From positions 146-64,145 of the forward strand of contig DATIHX010000011.1 of the NCBI GenBank assembly GCA_035480235.1: DNA of 64,000 nucleotides, read 5' to 3'. This DNA comes from Candidatus Saccharimonadales bacterium (GTDB taxonomy: Bacteria; Patescibacteriota; UBA1384; 2-12-FULL-50-11). Below, one piece after another: positions 14,638 to 22,114 of this stretch (the stretch's first letter is position 1; the number at the start of each line of letters is the position of its first letter). A program made the position numbers and the translations under genes. Below the pieces are notes generated by a model. That model was not told where the DNA came from and did not search any database. It saw nothing but the letters and a program-made list of their open reading frames with translations.

Positions 14638-17568
14638 ATGAAAGCCAGCGAAACAATTAAAGTGGTGGGCGCCCGAACCCATAATTTGAAGAACGTCTCG
14701 GTAGAGATTCCGAAAAACCAGGTGACGGTGATCACCGGCCTGTCTGGCTCGGGTAAATCGAGCCTGGCTTTTGATACGATTTTTGCCGAAGGCCAACGCC
14801 GCTATGTGGAGAGTTTGTCCAGTTTTGTCCGGCAATTTTTGAGCGAAATCGAAAAACCGGATTTCGACTACATCGAAGGTCTGGCCCCGGCGATCGCCAT
14901 CGACCAAAAAACCGCCGCCCGCAACCCGCGCTCAACCGTCGCTACCACCACCGAAATTTACGACTTTTTGCGGCTCTTATTTTCGCGGGTCGGCACGCCG
15001 TACTGCCCGAAAGACGGCACCGAAATCAAAGCTCAAACCACCGAGACGATCACTAAAAACGTTTTGCACGACTTCACCGTTGACGGCCACTTGAACGTCA
15101 AATTATTTTCCTTAATTATTCAAAACCGCAAAGGCGAGCACAAATACCACCTCAAACAAGGTAAAAAAAGCGGGGTCTTGAAAGTCCGTTTTGACGGCGT
15201 GGTGATGGATATCGAAGAAGCGATTGGCCTGGAAATCGACAAAAACAAACGTCACACGTTGGAATACTTGGTCGGGGCGATCGATTTTCCGGTCTCTAAC
15301 GACCAATCCAAACAAGTTGCCTACATTGATTTACTTAAATTGGTTGAAAAAGGGCTGAAACTTTCGAACGGTTTAATTACCGCTACTTCGCCCAAACACG
15401 AAAAAGAGCGCTTTTACTCGCAAAAACTCGCCTGTACCGTCTGCGGCTGGCAGTTTCCTGATATCGAACCGCGCCTGTTCAGCTTCAATAACCCGGAAGG
15501 CGCCTGCCAAGCCTGCCAAGGTTTGGGCTTACGCTTAATCGCCGACCCAGGGCTCGTCATCCCTAACCCGCGCCTGACGATCGCTGAAGGCGCGATCCGC
15601 CCCTGGAGCCGAACGACATCTCAGACCAGCTGGTACCAAAAAGCGCTCTCCGATTTAGCCGCCAAATACGAATTTAGCTTGGACACGGCAGTGGAAAAAC
15701 TGCCGAAAGAGATCGTCAAGGTTGTGCTTTATGGTGAAAAAGACGCTGGTATTACTGAGACAACGGCCAGCCAAACGCCCGACGAAGCCCCGGAAGAAGG
15801 TAGGTTTGAAGGTGTTATCCCGAATTTAGAACGTCGCTACCGCGAGACCGACTCGGACTACCTGAAAAACGAGATTGAAAAATACATGGTGGAAAAAATC
15901 TGCCAAATTTGCCACGGCCAGCGGCTGCGGCCGGAAGTGTTGTCGATCAAGATTGACGGCAAAAACATTATCGACGTGACGAGTATGACCATCGAAACTG
16001 GCGTTAAATACTTTAGCGGTCTCGAGAAAAGTATCGCCACCCACGACCAGGTAATCGCCGGGCCGATCGCCAAAGAAGTCTTAAATCGCCTTAATTACCT
16101 CCTGGAAGTTGGTTTGGGCTATCTAACCCTGAACCGAACCAGCTCTACTTTGGCCGGCGGCGAAGCCCAACGGATTCGGTTAGCCAATCAGTTGGGCAGC
16201 GGCTTAACCGGCGTTGTTTACATTTTGGACGAACCGTCGATCGGCTTGCACGCCCGCGACCACGAAAAACTCTTGAAAACCATCGAGGAGCTGAAAAACC
16301 GCGGCAATACCGTGATTGTAGTGGAGCACGACAAGGAAACGATGCTCCGAGCCGATTACTTGATCGATATGGGCCCAGGCGCTGGCGAACAAGGCGGCGA
16401 AATTATCGCCGAAGGGACGCCCAAAGAAGTGATCGCTAACAAAAAATCGATTACCGGGGCGTATTTGTCTGGCCTCAAACAATTGGAACAGCCGGAACAC
16501 CGCCACGAGCACGACCAAGAGTTCTTGGAAGTAGTGGGCGCTACCGCAAATAACCTGAAGAATGTTTCAGTGAGATTCCCTTTGAACAAATTAATTTGTG
16601 TCACCGGCGTTTCCGGCTCGGGTAAATCGACGCTGGTTTCCGATACTTTAGCCGCCGCTTTGGAGCGCCATTTCCACGGCACCCAAGTTGAGCCCGCCCC
16701 GCACCAAGAGATTAAAGGGCTGGAGAATTTGGACAATATTATTAATATCGATCAGTCGCCGATCGGCCGAACCCCGCGCAGTAACCCCGCCACCTACACC
16801 GGCGCGCTGGGCCCGATTCGCGAACACTTCGCCAACACCACCGAAGCGCAATCGCGCGGTTATGATCCGTCGCGGTTTAGTTTTAACTTGCGCGGCGGCC
16901 GCTGTGAGAATTGCCGGGGCGACGGCCAAATTAAGATTGAGATGAACTTCTTGCCGGACGTCTACGTCACTTGTACCGAGTGCAAAGGCCACCGCTACAA
17001 CGCCGAAACGCTGGAGATTAAATACAAAGATAAAGACATCTCGGACGTTTTAGAGATGACCGTCGACCAAGCCTTGGAATTCTTCACCACCGAAGAAGAA
17101 GTCCGGGAAAAATTGCTGATTTTGCAAGCCGTTGGCTTGGGTTACGTCCGGTTGGGGCAACCAGCCACCACCCTTTCCGGCGGTGAAGCGCAGCGGATTA
17201 AGCTGGCGGCCGAACTTTCCAAGCGCGAGACCGGCAAAACCATCTATATTTTGGACGAGCCGACCACTGGGTTGCACTTCGAGGATATCAACCATCTGCT
17301 GAAAGTTTTGTATCAACTAGTTGACCGGGGTAATACCGTGATGATTATCGAACACAACATCGACGTGATTCGCTGCGCCGATTGGATTGTGGACCTGGGC
17401 CCAGACGGCGGCGACAAAGGCGGCGAGATCGTGGCTGAGGGCACACCGGAAATGGTGATGAAAGTGGCCAGCAGCGCCACCGGCCAGTTTTTGAAGGAGG
17501 GAATTGATGTTAAAACCAAAGCCGCTGCCCCAGCAACCCGCCAGCTGGCGGGCAAAGTCGGCACCTAA
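14638..17568 (+). CDS. uvrA: excinuclease ABC subunit A
   Basis: Two ABC modules (GLSGSGKSSLAFDT, GVSGSGKSTLV; LSGGEAQRI twice) and zinc modules. 976 aa. Confidence 0.97.
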   Translation: MKASETIKVVGARTHNLKNVSVEIPKNQVTVITGLSGSGKSSLAFDTIFAEGQRRYVESLSSFVRQFLSEIEKPDFDYIEGLAPAIAIDQKTAARNPRSTVATTTEIYDFLRLLFSRVGTPYCPKDGTEIKAQTTETITKNVLHDFTVDGHLNVKLFSLIIQNRKGEHKYHLKQGKKSGVLKVRFDGVVMDIEEAIGLEIDKNKRHTLEYLVGAIDFPVSNDQSKQVAYIDLLKLVEKGLKLSNGLITATSPKHEKERFYSQKLACTVCGWQFPDIEPRLFSFNNPEGACQACQGLGLRLIADPGLVIPNPRLTIAEGAIRPWSRTTSQTSWYQKALSDLAAKYEFSLDTAVEKLPKEIVKVVLYGEKDAGITETTASQTPDEAPEEGRFEGVIPNLERRYRETDSDYLKNEIEKYMVEKICQICHGQRLRPEVLSIKIDGKNIIDVTSMTIETGVKYFSGLEKSIATHDQVIAGPIAKEVLNRLNYLLEVGLGYLTLNRTSSTLAGGEAQRIRLANQLGSGLTGVVYILDEPSIGLHARDHEKLLKTIEELKNRGNTVIVVEHDKETMLRADYLIDMGPGAGEQGGEIIAEGTPKEVIANKKSITGAYLSGLKQLEQPEHRHEHDQEFLEVVGATANNLKNVSVRFPLNKLICVTGVSGSGKSTLVSDTLAAALERHFHGTQVEPAPHQEIKGLENLDNIINIDQSPIGRTPRSNPATYTGALGPIREHFANTTEAQSRGYDPSRFSFNLRGGRCENCRGDGQIKIEMNFLPDVYVTCTECKGHRYNAETLEIKYKDKDISDVLEMTVDQALEFFTTEEEVREKLLILQAVGLGYVRLGQPATTLSGGEAQRIKLAAELSKRETGKTIYILDEPTTGLHFEDINHLLKVLYQLVDRGNTVMIIEHNIDVIRCADWIVDLGPDGGDKGGEIVAEGTPEMVMKVASSATGQFLKEGIDVKTKAAAPATRQLAGKVGT

Positions 17569-18127
17569 CTTCGAGTTATTGGCCGAGCTCCAAGCTGCCG
17601 GCTATCAAAAAATTATCGGGATTGACGAAGTTGGCCGCGGCGCGCTGGCTGGGCCAGTTATCGTGGCGGCCGTGGAACTGAACCAGCGCGTCGACGGCAT
17701 TACCGACTCAAAACTACTACCGAAAGCCCAGCGTCAAACCCTGGCCGTCCAAATTCATGGTTTGGCTAGCCAAATTAGTTTTGGCAGCGCGTCGGTCGGA
17801 GAAATCTACGAGCTTGGGCTGTCGGCTGGCCTTAAATTAGCCTACGAACGAGCGCTTGAGCAGATTGAAACCGATTTAATTTTGACGGATTTTGTTCGGT
17901 TGCCGGGCCGTAAATTCATCGCCCAGCCCCAAGGCGACCGCTATTTTTACCCCACTGCGGCTGCTTCAATCGTCGCTAAAGTCTACCGCGACCAATTAAT
18001 GCGTGTCTATCACCAACTTCACCCTGACTACGGCTGGGACACGAACGTCGGTTACGGCACTAGTGGACACCAAAAAGCTCTCAGAGAATTTGGGCCGACG
18101 GCATTGCACCGAATAACGTTTCTCTAG
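17507..18127 (+). CDS. rnhB: ribonuclease HII
   Basis: IIGIDEVGRGALAGPVIVAAV motif. ATG 17507 is preceded by GGAGGG. Overlaps the uvrA 3' end. Confidence 0.9.
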   Translation: MLKPKPLPQQPASWRAKSAPNFELLAELQAAGYQKIIGIDEVGRGALAGPVIVAAVELNQRVDGITDSKLLPKAQRQTLAVQIHGLASQISFGSASVGEIYELGLSAGLKLAYERALEQIETDLILTDFVRLPGRKFIAQPQGDRYFYPTAAASIVAKVYRDQLMRVYHQLHPDYGWDTNVGYGTSGHQKALREFGPTALHRITFL

Positions 18128-18288
18128 AGCTCGGGGAAAATTAGGGGCGGCCGCTGATGGGCTCGAACCGCCCCTGGAGAGGAGAAGCGTTTAAAAAACG
18201 CTAAGGTTCCGGCCGCCTTGCTATTTAGTGGCGACTCTCTTGTGTTCGATTTAACTATACGCCTAGTTGTCAAGTTGAGTTTTTACCC

Positions 18289-18317
18289 TTGACTTTCGGC
18301 CGCAAATTAGGTAGTAT
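18289..18317 (+). promoter_or_regulatory. promoter of rnpB (TTGACT-17-TAGTAT)
   Basis: The -35 box is at 18289-18294 and the -10 box at 18312-18317, 7 nt before the P1 5' strand. Confidence 0.55.
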
Positions 18318-18446
18318 TTACCCTGAAACCAACGCAATCGCGGATTGTTTTTTAACAATTTGAGGAAAGTCCGGGCACCACAGAGACGCGCTCCAGCTAA
18401 CGGCTGGCTATCGCGAGGTAAGGGAAAGTGGCACAGAAACAAAACC

Positions 18447-18471
18447 GCCGATGCCCGGCTCAGTTAGGAGG
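18447..18471 (+). repeat. cassette junction repeat R1 (native J11/12-P12 5' strand + SD)
   Basis: GCCGATGCCCGGCTCAGTTAGGAGG. Confidence 0.85.
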
Positions 18472-18476
18472 GAAAT

Positions 18477-18740
18477 ATGAATAAGTATACGTATTCGGTC
18501 GGATTCGGCAAAGGCACTAATACCCTTGTTGACACACGGGAACATTCCCCTTTTAAGCACGGGGAGTTTGAAGCTGCAAATGACGATGAAGCCAAGGCCA
18601 AGCTAACAAATGAGCTTCTACCACCGCTCGTCGAGGCAGCGATGGGTGACGGCTACGAGTTTCGTCAGGCGCTGGACCCCTGGAACACGAGAACGAGGTC
18701 CAACCTCATTCACGACAATAGCCGACAGCGGCTCAGTTAG
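18477..18740 (+). CDS. small ORF A inside rnpB P12 (87 aa), hypothetical
   Basis: ORF track. ATG lies 5 nt after GGAGGG. Its TAG stop lies inside repeat R2. Confidence 0.45.
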   Translation: MNKYTYSVGFGKGTNTLVDTREHSPFKHGEFEAANDDEAKAKLTNELLPPLVEAAMGDGYEFRQALDPWNTRTRSNLIHDNSRQRLS

Positions 18741-18744
18741 GAGG
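18721..18744 (+). repeat. cassette junction repeat R2
   Basis: GCCGACAGCGGCTCAGTTAGGAGG. Confidence 0.85.
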
Positions 18745-18756
18745 AATGGAAAAGGA

Positions 18757-18942
18757 ATGCAAACTTTCTTTATTGAACTCACAATCACCAATGACAACAA
18801 GGAGGAGGGGGAAGCGATCGCCCTGAAAGCACTAGCGGCAGTGGCCGATCTTCCTGGCCTTGCAGGAGCGTTTGTGCGGAACGAGGGTCCAGACAAACTT
18901 AATAATGATAAAGCTGGTGCTAAGCCCATAACAGACTGTTAG
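18757..18942 (+). CDS. small ORF B inside rnpB P12 (61 aa), hypothetical
   Basis: MQTFFIELTITNDNKEEGEAIALKAL.... ATG lies 12 nt after the GGAGG of R2. It is part of track ORF 18610..18942. Confidence 0.4.
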   Translation: MQTFFIELTITNDNKEEGEAIALKALAAVADLPGLAGAFVRNEGPDKLNNDKAGAKPITDC

Positions 18943-18979
18943 CGGTTGAGCACCAGAACAAGCCCTTATGTACAAACTT

Positions 18980-19004
18980 GCCGATGACCAGCTCAGCTAG
19001 GAGG
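18980..19004 (+). repeat. cassette junction repeat R3
   Basis: GCCGATGACCAGCTCAGCTAGGAGG. Confidence 0.8.
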
Positions 19005-19010
19005 AAAAGA

Positions 19011-19259
19011 GTGCAATATTATTTCTATAAACTCGGTGGCAGCGACAACGGAGGACTGCTCACCTTTGCTCAGCAGGGCATTGCCCGATTGCCGGATGAT
19101 GTTCTCGATGACAGAGATGCCGCACGCCGAATTTGCCGAAAACTCAAAACGGAACTCGGTGAACCTCGAGTTAGAGACCGCGACATCTTCATCGTTAAGT
19201 GCGAGAATGAAGGCAATACCTTCAAGACTAACGATCTCGAAATGGCCGTGATCACGTAA
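19011..19259 (+). CDS. small ORF C inside rnpB P12 (82 aa), hypothetical
   Basis: GTG lies 6 nt after the GGAGG of R3: (V/M)QYYFYKLGGSDNGGLLTF.... It is part of track ORF 18978..19259. Confidence 0.4.
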   Translation: MQYYFYKLGGSDNGGLLTFAQQGIARLPDDVLDDRDAARRICRKLKTELGEPRVRDRDIFIVKCENEGNTFKTNDLEMAVIT

Positions 19260-19595
19260 CGAATCAACCAGGGCGAGCTTCGTCTCGCCCCTTTCTAACT
19301 GAGTCGGAACAGGTAAGGGTGAAAAGAGTGCGGTAAGAGCGCACAGCACTGCCAGCAATGGTATGTGAAGGCCAAACCCAGCGTGGTGCAAGTTGAGTGG
19401 ATCTTTATTCCAACAAGTTATTATTCCCCTAAAGGGAAAACTAGCTCCATTGTGTCTCACAATCGGAATAAAGAACTCGACGCACGAGCAGCGTTATGCT
19501 TTATAAAGCATAACGCTCCGAGTGACCGTATGTGTTTAAACGCATACGGGAATTAGATAGATGGTTGCATAAACAGAACCCGGCTTACTGGTTTC

Positions 19596-19626
19596 CGAAA
19601 AAGACTCCGCGAGGAGTTCTTTTTCG
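19596..19626 (+). terminator. terminator after rnpB
   Basis: CGAAAAAGACTCC-GCGA-GGAGTTCTTTTTCG hairpin. Confidence 0.6.
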
Positions 19627-19656
19627 TGAATCTGAACCGAAGGCGACTTTCCCAAC

Positions 19657-19680
19657 AAAAATCCCGCAAGGGATTTTTTT
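19657..19680 (+). terminator. second terminator-like hairpin
   Basis: AAAAATCCC-GCAA-GGGATTTTTTT. Confidence 0.55.
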
Positions 19681-19736
19681 GGTGAATTAGAAAACCGTAC
19701 ATAGTATATCTGTGATGTGACATATATTCTTAGTAC

Positions 19737-20432
19737 ATGATAGCCAAAAAGACCGAAAAAGAAATAGCACTGAAACTTCGCCTTGAAGGTAAAACTTACT
19801 CTGAAATTTTAAAGCTAGTAAAGGTTTCAAAGTCGTCTTTGTCGCTCTGGTTACAATCGGTTGGATTAGCACAGCCCCAAAAACAAAGAATTACCGAAAA
19901 ACGCATAGCAGCCAGGCTGAAGGCGCTTGATCGGGTGAGGCAAATACGTTCCGAAAGGACGGAAGTAGTGACCAAGAAAGCATTGAGCGAAATCCCGGCT
20001 CTAATCAATGATCCTTTTTGGGTGGCTGGCTTGATGCTTTACTGGGCAGAAGGGTCAAAGGCCAAACCCTGGGCACTAAGTGTTGGGGTTGAGTTCTCTA
20101 ATATGAACGCTGAAATGCTCCAGTTATTTTCGGCCTGGTGCCAAAAATACTTAGGAACAGTCAAGAGTGAGTTCAGCTACGAAATTTCTATTCATGAAAA
20201 TGCTGATTCAGGCATTGCAAGAGATTATTGGTCAAACGTTTTGAGTGTAAAACCGGAGGAATTTCGGGTTTACCTGAAACGACATAACCTTAGTCCGACA
20301 CGAAAAAACATCGGCGAACGGTATTTTGGAGTGATACGTATTCGTATAAATAAAAGTACAGATCTCAACAGAAGGATTGCTGCATGGACCCAAGGTGTAG
20401 TAAAATACTTAGGTCACTCCCGGGTCGTCTAA
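19737..20432 (+). CDS. hypothetical protein with an N-terminal HTH-like segment and a LAGLIDADG-like motif (possible homing-endonuclease fold)
   Basis: ORF track, 231 aa. The N-terminus KTYSEILKLVKVSKSSLSLWL is HTH-like. The central VAGLMLYWAEGSK resembles a LAGLIDADG-type block. Lies in AT-rich DNA, and its 3' end overlaps tRNA-Gln by 15 nt. The function call is weak. Confidence 0.45.
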   Translation: MIAKKTEKEIALKLRLEGKTYSEILKLVKVSKSSLSLWLQSVGLAQPQKQRITEKRIAARLKALDRVRQIRSERTEVVTKKALSEIPALINDPFWVAGLMLYWAEGSKAKPWALSVGVEFSNMNAEMLQLFSAWCQKYLGTVKSEFSYEISIHENADSGIARDYWSNVLSVKPEEFRVYLKRHNLSPTRKNIGERYFGVIRIRINKSTDLNRRIAAWTQGVVKYLGHSRVV

Positions 20433-20489
20433 TGGTAGCGACGCTGCCCTTTGGCGGCAGAGATCGGGGTTCGAGTCCCTGCCCGGGAA
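20418..20489 (+). tRNA. tRNA-Gln (UUG)
   Basis: TCCCGGGTCGTCTAATGGTAGCGACGCTGCCCTTTGGCGGCAGAGATCGGGGTTCGAGTCCCTGCCCGGGAA, with anticodon loop CTTTGGC. Confidence 0.9.
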
Positions 20490-20496
20490 CATTGAA

Positions 20497-20784
20497 ATGA
20501 AAAATGATAAATACCGCCAAGTTCGTGGCGGCTGGTCCAGAATGCTCAATATTGCCTGTGAAAATTGCAGTGAAAAAGTTTGTTCATACCAAAAAGACGG
20601 ACCCGGTCCCCTTAAACGACTATATCTTGACCGCATGAACGGCCCAATAACCAACAATGAAAGTCTGATATGCTCGAAATGCAAAGAAATATTAGGAATA
20701 AAAATGATTTATCAAAAAGAAAATCGACCCGCTTATCGCCTATTTGTTGGCGCGGTCCTAAAACGTACAACCAAGCAGGTATAA
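20497..20784 (+). CDS. hypothetical zinc-ribbon protein
   Basis: ORF track, 95 aa. CENC...CSKC pairs. ATG lies 7 nt after the tRNA-Gln 3' end. Confidence 0.5.
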   Translation: MKNDKYRQVRGGWSRMLNIACENCSEKVCSYQKDGPGPLKRLYLDRMNGPITNNESLICSKCKEILGIKMIYQKENRPAYRLFVGAVLKRTTKQV

Positions 20785-20806
20785 ACTACCACGTTAACAA
20801 CCCACG

Positions 20807-20835
20807 AAAAAACCGGGTTTTCACCCGGTTTTTTC
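20807..20835. terminator. bidirectional terminator
   Basis: AAAAAACCGGGT-TTTC-ACCCGGTTTTTT. Confidence 0.65.
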
Positions 20836-20855
20836 TTACTAAGCTATAAACTTAA

Positions 20856-21188
20856 TTAGTAACGCTTTTGGAAGCCGCCGTTAGACGGGCCGCGGTTACC
20901 TTGGTAACCACCGCCGAAGCCGCCACCAGCTGGGCGCTCTTCTTTTGGACGGGCGACGTTGACCAAGATGTTCCGGCCACCGACTTCGCTGCCGTCAAGC
21001 GCTTTGATCGCCGCTTGCGCTTCTTCGTCGTTTTCCATCTCCACAAAGCCGAAGCCTTTGGATTGGTTAGTGTCGCGGTCCATGATGATCGCTACGCTGA
21101 CCACTGTGCCGTGAGGCGCAAATAGGGCGCGCAATTCGTCTTCTGTGGTCGCATACGGGAGCTTACCTACATACAATTTCGTTGCCAT
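20856..21188 (-). CDS. RRM-type RNA-binding protein with a Gly-rich tail
   Basis: RNP-2 LYVGKL and RNP-1 KGFGFVEM motifs. Confidence 0.85.
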   Translation of the reverse strand: MATKLYVGKLPYATTEDELRALFAPHGTVVSVAIIMDRDTNQSKGFGFVEMENDEEAQAAIKALDGSEVGGRNILVNVARPKEERPAGGGFGGGYQGNRGPSNGGFQKRY

Positions 21189-21314
21189 TCTCGTTCGATT
21201 CTCTTTCTTTCAGTAAGCATTACTTATATTTCATCCCGGGCTTTCGTTCGACGAATACCGCGGCCAACTTACTTATGAATTCAGTATAGCAGAATTACCG
21301 ATATAATACTGCTG

Positions 21315-21737
21315 ATGGATGTAATTGAAGCCGACTTGCCAAAACTGGCCGAAAAAATTGCCGCTGTTGTTGAACCTGGCGACATCATCGCCTTATCCGG
21401 GCCGCTAGGGGCCGGTAAAACCGCTCTGACCAGAGAAGTCTTGCGGGCGATGGGCGAAAACAACGTTGTCAGCAGCCCGACGTTTGTGCTGGAGCACCGC
21501 TACCCCGTCAACTGGCGGGGCATTAAGACCGTTCTCCACTTGGACTTGTATCGCCTGAGCGAAAAAGATTTGCCGCAATTCGATTGGGCGGAATATCTTG
21601 AGGCTGACCACCAACTGACGATCATCGAGTGGCCGGAGATCGCTCAAAAGTATCTACCTAATCACACGAAAACCGTTAAAATTGAAGTTATCGATGCCAA
21701 AACCCGCCGCTTCCAACTTCCCGGTGCTTTGGCTTAA
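21315..21737 (+). CDS. tsaE: tRNA t6A biosynthesis ATPase TsaE
   Basis: ALSGPLGAGKTALTR P-loop and VSSPTFVLEHRY motif. Confidence 0.85.
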   Translation: MDVIEADLPKLAEKIAAVVEPGDIIALSGPLGAGKTALTREVLRAMGENNVVSSPTFVLEHRYPVNWRGIKTVLHLDLYRLSEKDLPQFDWAEYLEADHQLTIIEWPEIAQKYLPNHTKTVKIEVIDAKTRRFQLPGALA

Positions 21738-22083
21738 CGCCACCGAGCGCGAACGAGTGGAGTTGGCGATTATTACGCCAAAAGCCACCGTTATCATTCA
21801 GCGCGACGCCCGGGCCCAGGCGCTCGTCGGGTTGATAAACGAACTATTGGAAAAGGCCCAGTTGGATTTGGCTGCCGTTAACACCATCGCCGTCAGTAAC
21901 CGACCCGGTTCGTTAACCGGTACTCGGATCGGGGTGACTGTTGCCAACACACTGGGCTGGCTACAAAAGCTCCCACTAATTGAACTAGACGCCGATTCTT
22001 TGGCCGCTGCGGCTCGCTATTTGCGCCGCGGCCAAATAGCCACCAAACCCGTTGCTGCCGTCCAAGACGAGGTAGTGTATTAA
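21724..22083 (+). CDS. tsaB: TsaB (YeaZ)-like protein, N-terminal half only
   Basis: AVSNRPGSLTGTRIGVTVANTLGW is the TsaB/Kae1-family signature. Only ~120 aa. Start uncertain (GTG 21724 or ATG 21694). Confidence 0.55.
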   Translation: MLWLNATERERVELAIITPKATVIIQRDARAQALVGLINELLEKAQLDLAAVNTIAVSNRPGSLTGTRIGVTVANTLGWLQKLPLIELDADSLAAAARYLRRGQIATKPVAAVQDEVVY

Positions 22084-22114
22084 CCAAACCAACTTTGTTA
22101 CACTTATTGAACTG

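Larger units (their letters stand above)
18325..19597 (+). ncRNA. rnpB: RNase P RNA (bacterial type A) with an 827-nt insertion in P12
   Basis: Conserved blocks GAGGAAAGTCCGGGC (18362-18376), ACAGAAACAAAACCGCCGATG (18433-18453), AACAGGTAAGGGTGAAAAGAGTGCGGTAAGAGCGCAC (19308-19344) and ACAGAACCCGGCTTA (19573-19587). P1 is GAAACCA/TGGTTTC. The P12 stem is 18455-18467 / 19295-19307. Confidence 0.85.

Noticed and set aside
18130-18290. A GC-rich hairpin (GGGGCGG...CCGCCCC) with a GGTTCGAGCC-like segment on the minus strand, considered as a possible tRNA or tRNA-like gene between rnhB and rnpB.
   Set aside because: I could not build a cloverleaf: there is no D-arm, the T-stem has a mismatch and an offset loop, and the acceptor strands do not pair. 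It is probably just terminator or spacer structure.
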